From the NCBI GenBank assembly GCA_029717555.1, contig JAMDHS010000063.1:1-64000 (forward strand): a stretch of DNA of 64,000 nucleotides, written 5' to 3'. This document shows positions 13,012 through 23,966 of this stretch, one piece after another. The position numbers were made by a program, and so were the translations under genes. The notes under the pieces are model-generated. The model was not told the origin of the DNA and made no database searches. It was given only the letters and a program-made list of their open reading frames with translations. Position 1 is the stretch's first letter; each line of letters begins with the position of its first letter. Source of the stretch: Peribolospora baueri (Eukaryota).

Positions 13012-16000
13012 TCAGAAGGGGCGGTTAACGGCGCCGCCAAACTGAGCATAAGCGCTCATGTACGAGTACGGCTGTTGCTGCGGAGCGACGACGACGTTGG
13101 CCTGCATAGCGGGCGTCGTGCGGGCGCCAGCAGAAGATGGGCGCTGGTGGGGCTGCGCGGCGTTCTGACCCAAACCGGGAGGTAGGTGGCCGCGAAAAAG
13201 TCCCTGCTGCTGCTGCTGTTGATGTTGCTGTTGTTGCTGAGCTATGTGGGGACGCGGAGGACCAGCGAGCGAGCGGGCAATGTCTTCGCGGCTCTGAGGA
13301 GCGGCCACGCCGAGGGGACCGATGGCGGAAGTGGGCGTGCCGGACCCTCCGCCGGGACGAGGGCCGAGGAGCTTGGAGGAGGATGAATGGACGTCGAAGC
13401 CTCCTCCGACGCCATCGTCGGCGGCGCTGGCCCTGCCAAACGAGTGTTCCCAGTCCGCCGCCGGCGAAGCGGCCCCACCTTGGCCCGAGCCGGGAGCAGA
13501 GGAGTAAGCGGAGCCACGGAGGACGGGATTGGTCATGAAGACGCGCTCGTAGCCGGGCGGGATGAGGCCGTTGCCATTAGCACCTCCGCTTCCCGCGGAC
13601 GTCTGCAAACCGGTATCGAAGGGATGGGCGCTCGTCTGAGCGGGACCGTTGAGGCCCTGGAGCTGCTGCTGCTGCTGCTGGAGCTGGAGCTGCTGCAGCT
13701 GTTGGAGCTGCTGCTGTTGCTGGTGATCGACCACACCATTCCTCGAAAAGCCCAGAACGTCACGCTGGTCGCGCTCCGATGCGCCGCAGGATGGGGGGAG
13801 CGAGGAGGAGACCAAGGCTGGGTGGTGTTGACTCGTGGGCGGAAGGTCAGTCTGGGCACCGATGACGGGGGAGATGGCCGGGCTGAAAGGCGAAAAGGTG
13901 GAGTGCTTCAAAGAGCCATACGGAGAAGGGGCACTGTTCTGAGCGGCGGCGCCTGAGCCGGCGGACGGAGCGGACGCGGCGGGATCGACGCGAAACGAGC
14001 CAGCAAACTGTCCCGACGACGTGTCCACCGTGAGGTTGGCCAGACTCGACACCAGGTCGTCGGGGCTCATGACGGACGCTGTCGACGAGGACGTCGACGT
14101 CGGTTGAGCCGTCGACGGTTGGCCGATCCCGCCGGCGACGTTGGCCGGACCGAGTCCGCCTAGACTCGCCATACCTCCGCCACCGCCAAAGGCGTCGAGA
14201 CCGGTGAGATCGGAGATGCCGCTAAACGCGTTGACGTTAGCGTTGCCACCGGGCCCGGTAGGGCCGCCGCCATTACGTGGAGGGGCAGTGGCGGCCAAGG
14301 CGTCAAAGCGCAGACCGGCGGTAGCCGCAGCGAGCTGATGAAGCAGTGCAGCGTTAGCCGCCGCATTGTTCGTACCGTTCAGGGCACCGGAGAGACTAGC
14401 AAGCTGGGCGAGCTGAGCCGCGTTGAGGCTCCCGAGGCCGGCCAGGCCAGCGAGGTGGCCGAGCTGAGCGGCCTGAGCGGCGGCCTGGGCGGCGGCAGCG
14501 GCAGCCTTGTCGCCCTGGCTTCGGCCCCAGCTGAGGCGGATCCTGCCACCTCCGATGGGAAAGCCCTGCATGCGCTCGATGGCGCGCTCCGCGTCGACCT
14601 TACGGACGAACTGAACGAAACCGCAGCCCTTGCCAGGCGGAATCTTAACGTAGGTGATCTCGCCAAAGGGAACGAAAAATGTCTTGAGCGTCTCCTCTGA
14701 GATGAGACTGCTCAAGCCACCGACGAAGACGGTCGTGTTGTTCGGATCGGTCGCGCTCGAGCTACTCGGCAATGACGACGACGGACCGGACGTCTGCTGC
14801 TGCTGCTGTTGTTGTTGTTGCTGTTGTTGTTGTTGCTGCTGCTGTTGCTGCTGCTGTTGTTGCTGTTGCTGGGGCGGAGGCGGCAAGCTATGAGCGGAAC
14901 TGGGAAGGGCGCCAGAAGAGAGGACGGAGGGGGTGTGGTGTGAGAACGGCCTGGCGGCCGCCGATGCCGCCGAGGCATTAAGGTGCATCTGAAGCGGTGG
15001 ACCACCACCGCCTTGGGGCATCTGCGGCAGGTGGGCCGGTTGGTTGGCGTACCCGTGCAGAGGGGCGGCAGCATCGGCCTGAGCCCTAGCCTGAAGAGCT
15101 AGGAGCTGCTGCTGTTGCTGCTGCAGCTGCTGGTGACGTTGCAGCTGCTGCGGCTGGAGCGATTGCGGGAGCTGCTGTTGCTGCTGTTGCTGCTGGTGTC
15201 TAACATTGCTGGCGGATGCAGGGAGTCCGCGGAAGGAATCGTGGGGGGCGGAAAGACCATGGGCATCGTCACTGCGAGCCAAACCGGCGCCGCCAAAGCT
15301 CAGGTTGACGGAGGCAGCGGACAGCGGGGGATGCGGCGGTTCACCTAAAGAGGCGGCGACGGCGTGCTGGCCACGCTGACCTGACGGGCGCAAGAGGTGG
15401 TTCGTGGGCAGGCCGACCTGGAAGCCGGAGGAGTGTGGGACGAAGGATCCGTTGCCGACGTCATAGCCAGCTTCGGTGCCAGAGGCTGGGGCAGGGGCCG
15501 GGGACGGTCCAGGATGAGTAGCCTGAGGCGGACTGGGCACCTTATTCTTGGGCGTGGCGGTGCACACGCGGAGCGGTCTGCCCTGGCCGGCGCCGGCGGA
15601 CGAGAAGATGGGCACGCCCTGCATCTCGACCAGCGCCCTGGCCATGTCGGCCTCTTCGCCGAAGCGGACAAAGCCAAAGCCCCTCGAAGCGCCGGTCAGA
15701 GGGTCGACCATGATCTTGGCCGAGCGCGTGGTGTGGAACGGGGCCGGGCCGGAGCGGTGGTGATGCTGGAAGAACGGGTGGGAGGATGGCCAAGGAGGCG
15801 GATGAAGGAAATTGGCAACCAAGTCTTCCTCGCGGAGCTCAGGGGCGAGATCGCCAACGAAGATGCTCCACTCCTGAGCCGGGGCGCTCCCCAATCCTCC
15901 GCCGCCGCCCCCGCCGCTGCTGGCGTTCGAAGACGAAGCCGACAAGACGCGATCCGGTTCGCCCGCCCGCTGTCCTTCGTGTCCGTAAAGCGACGAGGCT

Positions 16001-17424
16001 GGAGCGGACTGATTCCAGGCCGACGTAGTGGACGGCGACGGAGCGGGAAGCGGGGAGGAGTCGGTGGTGGTGAATGCGGGGTAGAGCCAGCAAAGCTTGA
16101 TGGGCCTGCCTGTGGTGGGCATCAAGGGCGGCGGCGCGCCTCCTGGGAGGGACGGGTGACCGTTGACGCCCTCGGGCGGGCTGAGAACCTGCATGGCGAC
16201 TTGAGCATGGGCCTTGCTCGGAAACTGGAGTACGGCGCTGATGTTGAGCTGTTGCTCGGCAAAGTCGCTGTCCGAAGGGAGGACGCCGGCGGCGGCGGTC
16301 GTGGGCAGGATGCGCACCTGCATGGGCGCGGGAGCGCCGAAGTGGGCGATGAGGCGGCGGACGTATGCCTCGTCGACCCAGCTCTCCAGCTCGTCGAGGC
16401 GAAGGAGAGACGTCGCTAGGGCAGAAGGGTAGTGGGACGCTTCGTGAGCCATGGACGGCAAGCCGGTCGCAGTTTGAGTGGGCGTGTGCTCCTCATGCAT
16501 GCCGAGGCGACCGAGGCCGGGCGGGCCGCCAGCCGCGGTGTCGGTCTGTGCCCCGCCGGCGGCACCGTGTTGGCGATAGAAGGTGGAGTGTTCGCCAAAC
16601 CCGCTCAATCTTCCGCCGTCGCTGGGAACGGACGCGCCGCCGAACGCGTGCTGCTGACCTTGACCTTGACCGGACCCGACCGCTCCGAACCAGCCCGCGC
16701 TGGAGCGGGAGGACGTAGCGGGGCTGGCTACCGAGCCAGAGACGCTCGAAGGAGGTCGGTGAGTGAGGAAGCCGGGAGGCGGGTGGGAGGAAGGGAGAGG
16801 GCCAAAGCCGGCGTCGCCTTCGAAGCCGGACATCCTAAGCGACTCGGCCAACTTGCGCTGGACGGTGGGGCTGGGGCTGGTGGGAGCCAGTACGCCGGCG
16901 CCGGCGCTGGCCGCGCCGCCGCCGACGCCGCCACTCTGCCTGCTGTCGAGCGAGGTGCTGCCGGTCTCGGTGCCGCCGGTGCGCTCGGAATCGCCACCGT
17001 CGCTGGAGGAGAGGCTGGAAAAAGTAGGGTCAAATACCCTCCTGGAGGACGGGCTGAGGAGGTGTTCCGAGAGGCCGGACCGGGCGCTCGATTGGGGGCT
17101 CATGGCTCCGCCGGATGTAGAATCGGTGGTGCCTCCGGAGCTGGAACGAGCTCTTGAGGCGTCCGAGAAGCCCGGGTCGCCGCTGCTGAGGTGGGACAAG
17201 GCAGAGGCGGAGGCGGCGGATGCGGTGGGCGAGGGTTGAAAGGGCGGCGCGCGGGCGCTGATGTCGGAGTGCTGAGGGAAACCGGGATCGGCGAAGGGAC
17301 GGGTGGCGACGGTGGAGGCGTCGTTGGCGCTGGTCTTGGCGCTGACATCGGAATTGGTGGAGGAGGGCGAACGGGAGGAGGGGAGGCGATCAGCCTTGCC
17401 GTTCGCCATGACGGCGGTGGTCAT
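13012..17424 (-). CDS. Nam8/Ngr1/Csx1-like RRM RNA-binding protein, 1470 aa, single exon, with polyQ tracts
   Basis: RRM2 (WSIFVGDLAPE...TRSAKIMVDPLTGASRGFGFVRF...GRPLRVCTATPK), RRM3 (DPNNTTVFVGGLS...YVKIPPGKGCGFVQF...RIRLSWGRS) and a degenerate RRM1 (LDELESWVDEAYV). Confidence 0.9.
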   Translation of the reverse strand: MTTAVMANGKADRLPSSRSPSSTNSDVSAKTSANDASTVATRPFADPGFPQHSDISARAPPFQPSPTASAASASALSHLSSGDPGFSDASRARSSSGGTTDSTSGGAMSPQSSARSGLSEHLLSPSSRRVFDPTFSSLSSSDGGDSERTGGTETGSTSLDSRQSGGVGGGAASAGAGVLAPTSPSPTVQRKLAESLRMSGFEGDAGFGPLPSSHPPPGFLTHRPPSSVSGSVASPATSSRSSAGWFGAVGSGQGQGQQHAFGGASVPSDGGRLSGFGEHSTFYRQHGAAGGAQTDTAAGGPPGLGRLGMHEEHTPTQTATGLPSMAHEASHYPSALATSLLRLDELESWVDEAYVRRLIAHFGAPAPMQVRILPTTAAAGVLPSDSDFAEQQLNISAVLQFPSKAHAQVAMQVLSPPEGVNGHPSLPGGAPPPLMPTTGRPIKLCWLYPAFTTTDSSPLPAPSPSTTSAWNQSAPASSLYGHEGQRAGEPDRVLSASSSNASSGGGGGGGLGSAPAQEWSIFVGDLAPELREEDLVANFLHPPPWPSSHPFFQHHHRSGPAPFHTTRSAKIMVDPLTGASRGFGFVRFGEEADMARALVEMQGVPIFSSAGAGQGRPLRVCTATPKNKVPSPPQATHPGPSPAPAPASGTEAGYDVGNGSFVPHSSGFQVGLPTNHLLRPSGQRGQHAVAASLGEPPHPPLSAASVNLSFGGAGLARSDDAHGLSAPHDSFRGLPASASNVRHQQQQQQQQLPQSLQPQQLQRHQQLQQQQQQLLALQARAQADAAAPLHGYANQPAHLPQMPQGGGGPPLQMHLNASAASAAARPFSHHTPSVLSSGALPSSAHSLPPPPQQQQQQQQQQQQQQQQQQQQQQQQQQTSGPSSSLPSSSSATDPNNTTVFVGGLSSLISEETLKTFFVPFGEITYVKIPPGKGCGFVQFVRKVDAERAIERMQGFPIGGGRIRLSWGRSQGDKAAAAAAQAAAQAAQLGHLAGLAGLGSLNAAQLAQLASLSGALNGTNNAAANAALLHQLAAATAGLRFDALAATAPPRNGGGPTGPGGNANVNAFSGISDLTGLDAFGGGGGMASLGGLGPANVAGGIGQPSTAQPTSTSSSTASVMSPDDLVSSLANLTVDTSSGQFAGSFRVDPAASAPSAGSGAAAQNSAPSPYGSLKHSTFSPFSPAISPVIGAQTDLPPTSQHHPALVSSSLPPSCGASERDQRDVLGFSRNGVVDHQQQQQLQQLQQLQLQQQQQQLQGLNGPAQTSAHPFDTGLQTSAGSGGANGNGLIPPGYERVFMTNPVLRGSAYSSAPGSGQGGAASPAADWEHSFGRASAADDGVGGGFDVHSSSSKLLGPRPGGGSGTPTSAIGPLGVAAPQSREDIARSLAGPPRPHIAQQQQQHQQQQQQGLFRGHLPPGLGQNAAQPHQRPSSAGARTTPAMQANVVVAPQQQPYSYMSAYAQFGGAVNRPF
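14794..14871 (-). repeat. CAG/CAA polyglutamine tract (26 Gln) in the RRM protein
   Basis: Mixed CTG/TTG run on the + strand. Confidence 0.95.
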
Positions 17425-18406
17425 GACGTTCGTTCCACCCTTTCTGCCGATCTGGGCAAAGGGAATGGAGCGAAGAGGGCGAAGGGGCGTTAAGGGCGAG
17501 ACGTGAAAAGGGCGTTAAGGGGAATACGGCGTGATGAGGCCGTGGTGGGCTGTGGGGTGGTAATGAGAGTGGTATGCGATGGGGTGAGACAGATGCGATG
17601 GGGGTGATTTGGGGGTTGAGCGGAGGAGACAGGGTGCAAGTTGGGGAGCAAGAGCGAGAGGCGGGAACGCGAGAGGGAGAGACAGAGAGAAAACCAAGAA
17701 ATGGAGGGACAAAGGGGAAGACGATGCGAGAGTGCGAAAGAAGAAAGCGATGCGATGCTGAATGAAACAGGCGAACGGAGGAGGGAAGGAAGGAAGGAAG
17801 TGGAACGCCGTCGTGAACGACCGGTCGGCCGGCGCGATGGTCGACGGACGACGGACGACGGACGACGGGGGACACGACGGGTCTCGTCAGGGGCGAAGCG
17901 GTGCTCTTGCGGTCGCGAGTTCTGGGGGAAGAGGAAGGAGGTGGGCGGGGGCGAGTGGAAAGAAGGTGAGCGAGGGTTCATCGACGGAGATGAAAGCGGG
18001 TCGGGGTCGGGTGTGCGAGACAGAGACAGAGACAGACAACAGACAGACACACAGACAGACACAGACAAGACAGACTACACACACACACCCCGACACACAG
18101 ACTCACCCATCCACTCCACGTCCAGGACAGCAAGAAAAGAGGGTTCTTGGGAGTGATGCGAGCAAGGGGTGGACGGTAGTTGGCGAAGAGGAAGGCGAAG
18201 GAGAAGGAGAAGGAGGAGGAGGAGGAAGGGAGGAAGGGAAGGGGTGGATGGAGGAGCGTCGGTGTGCGCGAGGTGGGTGGACGTGCGTGGGACGTGGGAC
18301 GTGGGACGTGGGAAAAAGGGGATGTGATGGTAAGAGGGTGCCTGAAGATGAAGATGGGCGGTGGTGGGTAACGTGGACGAGCGGATACGGGATCGATGGC
18401 GGTGAG

Positions 18407-18830
18407 TGGCGGTGGCGGTGGCGGTGGCAGTGGCAGTGGCAGTGGCAGTGGCGATGGCGATGTGGACAAGGAGGTGGGCGGGAAGAGAAAGAAGAGAAAG
18501 AGAAAGAGAGGGGACGACGCGGAAGAAGGAGGCGGCAAGCTAGACTCTAGGGCTAAGCTATGCGGAAGTGGGGATCGGAGAGGAACCCAGACGACAAGAG
18601 GCACCCCAGATCCAGATCCAGATCCAAGATGCTCGAGCGGCGCGGCGGTCAGGCGCGGACGGACGGCCGAAGCCGAGGGTGCGGAGTGGGCGGGTAATAA
18701 CAGGAAGGTAGGGCGCGGAGCAGCGGCAAGCGGCAAGGAGGGAGTGGAGATAAGAGGACGGAGGATGCTGATGCTGATGCTGATGCTGATGCTGATGATG
18801 ATGATGATGATGATGATGATGACGATGGTG
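18407..18830. repeat. Hexa/trinucleotide microsatellites (TGGCGG/TGGCAG)n, (CAGATC)n, (CTGATG)n and (GAT)n upstream of the RRM gene
   Basis: Directly visible simple repeats. Confidence 0.85.
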
Positions 18831-19955
18831 ATGAAAGGAAGAGGAAGAGGAAGGAAGAAGATGATGTCGGCGGGGACGACGGCGAGCAGGTGCTGGCGCG
18901 GCTCTTGACTCCACTCGACTCGGCAGGTGGTGGTTGGTGGTGGGGTTACGCAAGTGCGATGCCATGAACTGCACGACCACGACCACGACCACGACCGACG
19001 GCGGTGACGAGAAGAGAAGGGAGGGAATCGAACCGCAATGGCTGTGGCACGGCAGTGTGCTGCACTGCTTTGCTCTGTTCAGTTCAGTTCTGTTCAGTTC
19101 TGCTCGCTGCTCGCCAGTGCAACGGCGGCGGCTGCTACCGACAAGCGTGAGGGAGGATCAGATCAGGATCGCGTTGCCTTGCTTGGCTTGCTTGGCGGGT
19201 GTTGTCTGGAGGCCTGCGCCATGTCTAGACGACAACAAGACAAGGACAGCACAGGATGTAATGTACATCCACCATCGTGCAACCATCCCGAAACGCCAGG
19301 CCGGCCGCAACCAAGGACAGACAGAGCAGCTAACTAACGTGGGGTGGGCAGCCAGCTAGCGAGATAGGTAGGCAATTGCGTAGTTGGCCGCTCCCTCCAT
19401 CCTATCCTTACTCCGCTCCCTTCACTTGCTCCCGCCGCCCGTCCCCATCTCGCACATGGGACTGGCGGACTAAAGGAACAACAACCAACTAAGTAAGTGA
19501 TGAGTGAATGACCGAATCAATGGAGGGTGGAATGAAGGAGGGACCGGAGACGACGAGCGAGCGACATCCCATCCCGTCCCATCCGCCGTCCTCCTCCCCT
19601 CAGTATCCACCCCCGTCGTCGACGTCGCTCCTCCCAACCGTCATTCAAGCAAGCAAGCAAGCGCACGCCCGCGTCCCTCCGCCTCCGCCTGCACCATGAC
19701 ATCCCTCGCCCTCGCCCCCGGCTCGACGGCACGGCACGGGTCAGCGGGCGACACGACGCGTTTCCAAGAAATCTGAGACAAAGCGGGGCAGAGACGACGG
19801 ACAAAAGAAAAAAGGAAAAGAAAGACGGCACTCGTAGGCGACCCGAGCCCGTCGTAGCCGCCCAGCCCAGCCGGAAGGAGGGCCGCTCCGGATTCCAGAG
19901 CGACTCCGTGGACGGAAGGCACATCCATTCCCCTGTCCGTGTCCGTATCCGTGTA

Positions 19956-20561
19956 CAGTCAACCCCGTCTATAAGCATAAGAGTTGTATAGCCCGAGTGC
20001 TATGCAGCATGCGGGAGGTTGACTGTCTATGCATATTTGCCGCAGTCCTTGCCAGTCGATAGCGCCCATCAAGAGATGATTCCAAGCTTTACTATAGAGT
20101 ATGTACACGTCAGAACACAACCATGTTCAAGAAGAAGCGTGTGCAGAAAGAACTGTCGAAGATCGGTTTGTTTACGCTGCTCGTTGACATGTTCTTTGAA
20201 AGAGATGGTGAAACGCGGACAAGCACCCACGCGTAGTAAGTAATGTTAGTACTGGCGGTGGATGGACCCGCAGTAACACAGTTGCCTACATAGTCATGTC
20301 CGCTTTCCGCCGCGTAGCCACGGTGCCGTCGCCGCCAATCTTCAACATCACGAGGATGCACGTGACCCTCAACCCTAACTATACATGCCGAGGGTGCATA
20401 CCTGGTAATGCTTGCAATATGCAGGTATGTTTAGTATGCATATAGACCAGTGTTTTGGCTGGGATTAGTCAATTTTTGGCTTGGGCCAAGGAAAGGGAGA
20501 TCGCTATGCACTATGCGAAGGCATACCTAGGGACCCGTATGCTAACAGACAAATTTGACTG
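19956..20561. mobile_element. Non-autonomous Tc1/mariner-superfamily (pogo/Tigger-like) MITE, 606 bp
   Basis: Left TIR CAGTCAACCCCGTCTATAAGCATA (19956-19979); the right TIR read on the reverse strand is CAGTCAAATTTGTCTGTTAGCATA (20538-20561), 18/24 identical. TA on both sides (19954-55, 20562-63); the interior is more AT-rich than the flanks; no transposase ORF. Confidence 0.8.
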
Positions 20562-22221
20562 TACATATGTACATACACAAACACACACATACACTGTACA
20601 TGCGGCCGCGCACTCGGGCCAACGGAGGCAGCGACCGCGCTAGCGAGCGACGTCCGAAAAAGCGCCGGATACGTACGTACGTGGGTCGCGCAGCATACCA
20701 TGCGGGCGCGGAGGGAAAGCGAGGTCGCCCACACAAGCAAGCAACCACCATCGACCATCGAACATTGTCGACGCAACGCCCGCCAAGGCCCGAAATGCTG
20801 CCGCGCTCAGGTGGGGGACGCGACGGAGGGACGGTGGAGGAACGGCGGAGGGGGACGTGGACGTGGATGGACGCGGAGGGATGGGATGTGAATCATCAGG
20901 CACATCCATCGCCCTGATTCGTCCTCGCCTTGTCTTGTCTCGCTCGGGCCCAGCCAGTCAGTAGCCAGCCAGCAAGCAAGCAGCCCCGGCATCATCATCG
21001 CAAGTCCTACCCGATCGATCGTCCGCCAAACGTTCCCGCCATCTCGCACCAGCTCCCACAGTCTCGCCAACCCTTGCGGTCACCCCTTCTTCTCTGCCCC
21101 TCCCCTCCCCGTCCTGGCCTGGCCTGTCACGATCGCCAGTCAGTCGTTCTGTTTGGGTCGGTCGACGGCGACGGCGATGGCGGGGCGAGCGAGCGAGCGA
21201 GCGAACGGAATGACGGATGAACGAAATGAACAAGTAAGGTTTCTTCACTTGTGAGACCCGTGTGCGAGCGAGCAAAGCAAGGAGAAACGCACGTCTTCCT
21301 TTCTCGTGACATGTCCTGAGCGACGTGGGTGAAAGAAAGCGAAGCAAAAACAAGCAATAACGCGCGGACATGGCATGGCGTGCGCAGCCCTCCCTCCGCC
21401 GTCCGGTTTCTCGAGAGCCACGGCGGCAAGCTAGGCTAGGCTGACAGACGGACAGACGGACGGCCGCGTCGCTTGGGAACGCAATCCATGCGCAACCGAG
21501 CCCATCCCGACCCGTGTCAACGCGCGGATCATCGGAGACGACGAGCGAGGCAGATGATGAAAAAAGAAAACCAGTCTGAGACAGGCATCAACCGAGTAGT
21601 CAACTCAAGCGAAGCGTGGCCACGCTCGCTCATGCGCAATCCCGTTCGCTCGCTCGTCACAGCACAGGCGGACGCGGATCGACTCCACCCTGTCCTGTCC
21701 ATCTCGCGTTGGTCGAGGAATGATGGAGTCTTACCGTCGTCGCCGACGCCGCACCCTCCCACTTGTCCTTCCTTCTGCGCTCGGACAGACGACTGGACTT
21801 GGGCGGCGGGCTAGAATCGCTCGTCAACCAAACCGACGAAGAAGAACATGCCTCCAAAGAAAAAAATCAGAGTTTCCCACTCGATCCGGAAAGGAAAGTC
21901 TTTCCCGCCAGCCATCGATCGGCTCGTCGCTTTTTTCAAAACCTTCCCTCGCACACCTTCGGCAGGTCCGGCGTGCCGGCCTTGCGTGCACTGCCTTTGT
22001 ACATCCACGGACGATCTCCGCCAAGACGAGATTCAGGATCCGAGAGTAGGGGCCCAGTCCAAAATTGGTTAGCTGGCGAGAGAGAGACACCTTCCCGCCT
22101 GCCGTAGGTATCCCTAGCCTGGGAGAATCGGAAAGGGCGATACCAGCCAGGTACACACACCGCTATGTAATGTCGCCTCCCGCACGTCGGAGACGACGGA
22201 GGCTGAAGCCGACGCATAAAC

Positions 22222-22290
22222 TAGGGTTATTGTCTGATTAGGGTTAACACGACCGCTTGTACAGTTCGCAGCACCACTCCCATAACCCTA
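22222..22290. promoter_or_regulatory. Three telomere-repeat-like TAGGGTTA boxes in the RPS11 promoter (Tbf1/telo-box-like)
   Basis: TAGGGTTA 22222-22229, TTAGGGTTA 22238-22246 and inverted TAACCCTA 22283-22290, about 150-220 bp upstream of the putative 5'UTR intron donor. Confidence 0.55.
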
Positions 22291-22445
22291 CTTCGTACCC
22301 TGTCCCGCTGCGGCGTCCGCCCCGAAACGGCACACGAGGAAAGCCAAAGGCGCGAGGGGTGTGGAAGAAGTTATTACATCGCCCCAGCCATCCGCCCGCC
22401 CGTCAAGAAACCACGTCGACCTGACTGACCCCCTGTGACTTTGTC

Positions 22446-22752
22446 GTGAGTATCGCAGATAGGTCGTTTTGAGGCGGACAGCGCCTCGGAGAAGAGACGG
22501 CAGGAGGCACGTTCGGCTTCGTGGCACGGCGCAAGCGGGACGAGGCTCTGAGGCGGATGCCGAAAACTAGAAGCGGCGGGCGCGGTTGTGGGAGCGGAGC
22601 GTCGCGTTGGACGACGTGGGAGGGACGACGGAGGATGAGTGGATGGCGTGGGCGAATGCGACTTAAAGAGCTGGGGGGAAGGGGGCCGAAGGGAGTGGAC
22701 GAGAACCACGTCTGACGTTCGTCTGCCCCCGCCGCCCTGCCCTACCTTGCAG
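22446..22752 (+). other. Putative 5'UTR intron of RPS11
   Basis: GTGAGT donor at 22446, CTGAC branch at 22712, pyrimidine tract and CAG at 22752, 20 nt before the ATG. Confidence 0.6.
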
Positions 22753-22772
22753 TCACTTCAAAATCAGCAACG

Positions 22773-23966
22773 ATGTCTGAGCAGATCGAGAGGGCTTACC
22801 AGAAGCAGGTGAGTGGCCATCATGGGACCCCCGCCTTTAGAGTCTGTTTGCATTGACGGGCATCGGCGCTGATCCGGCTGACCTTCCTTCTTCCCACCTC
22901 CCTTCAGCCCATCTTCCAAAACACCAAGGGTGTGAAGAAGTCCACCAGGGACAAGAGGTGGTACAAGGATGTCGGTCAGTTGGCGTTTCCACCACCGCAC
23001 CCGTCCGCACAGTCGATTTATCCTCTGCCCTCAGCCTGACCCATCTCGGTCTTCCATCCATTCTCGCCGTCCGTCACCCACTTTGATCTTGATTCTCCCT
23101 CACCAGGTCTCGGCTTCAAGACCCCGAGCGACGCCATCTTCGGCACTTACATCGGTGCATATCTGCGTTTTTTTCCCTCCTTTTTCATCTACCGAGGGCT
23201 TTGGAAGGGCTGAGGAGGTCGCCTGGCGCATAGGAGGATAGGTGGACGGTGTGGAGAGTTGGGCAAGCGGGACACGCCGAGTCCAAGGGATCCTACGGCA
23301 TTGGCGTTTAGGGAGGGGTGGAGCGTGGGCCAGGGCGGGCGGAGGACGATGACGGCTGGCCGGCATCGCGGTGATCGCAGGAGCATGTCGCTGACGCCCA
23401 TGATGGTCTCCTGCCCTCTTCTCCTTTACAGACAAGAAGTGCCCCTTCACCTCCACCGTTTCCATCCGCGGCCGCATCCTCACCGGCAAGGTCGTCTCCA
23501 CCAAGATGACCCGCACCATCGTCATCCGCCGGGAGTACCTCCACTACGTTCCCAAGTACAGCCGTTACGAGAAGAGGTGCGTTGGCGGCGATCTTTCTGG
23601 AGACGTTTAAGCTTGCTTTAGCGGCGTCTCTGGCTTGTCGCTGATTCAAGTATTCCGACGTTTGCGCCGCCCCCGGTCCACAGGCACAAGAACCTCGTTG
23701 CTCACTGCTCTCCTGCTTTCCGTATCGAGAACGGCGACATCGTCACTGTCGGTGAGTGGTAGGCGCCACGCTTGGGGTGACCTGGACGTGACCTACGCTC
23801 CTCCGCTGCCTTGCGCGATTCGGCTCACGTCTGTGATTCCCTTCTCGGACTGTCTCTGCCACTTGTAGGCCAGTGCCGCCCGCTGTCGAAGACCGTCCGC
23901 TTCAACGTCCTCTCGGTCACGAGGAGCAAGGCGACGGCTCGCGCCAAGAGCTTCGGCAAGTTCTAA
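22773..23966 (+). CDS. RPS11: 40S ribosomal protein S11 (uS17), 6 coding exons
   Basis: Spliced: [128 protein letters not shown]...SFGKF*. Confidence 0.98.

Noticed and set aside
11991..13049. 352-aa minus-strand ORF directly after the RRM gene
   Set aside because: Ser/Phe/Leu/Pro-rich translation of a pyrimidine-rich probable 3'UTR; non-ATG start.
15397..17239. Long + strand ORFs antisense to the RRM gene (and similar ones opposite other genes)
   Set aside because: Expected shadow ORFs of GC-rich coding sequence; no recognisable domains.
17500..19000. Several 150-260 aa ORFs upstream of the RRM gene
   Set aside because: They translate microsatellites and purine/pyrimidine-skewed UTR or promoter sequence.
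20371..20379. AACCCTAAC, a telomerase-template-like 9-mer
   Set aside because: Lies inside the MITE; no other telomerase RNA features identifiable.
22547..22566. CTGAGGCGGATGCCGAAA resembling a hammerhead ribozyme core
   Set aside because: Lacks the CUGANGA consensus and the flanking stems I and III.
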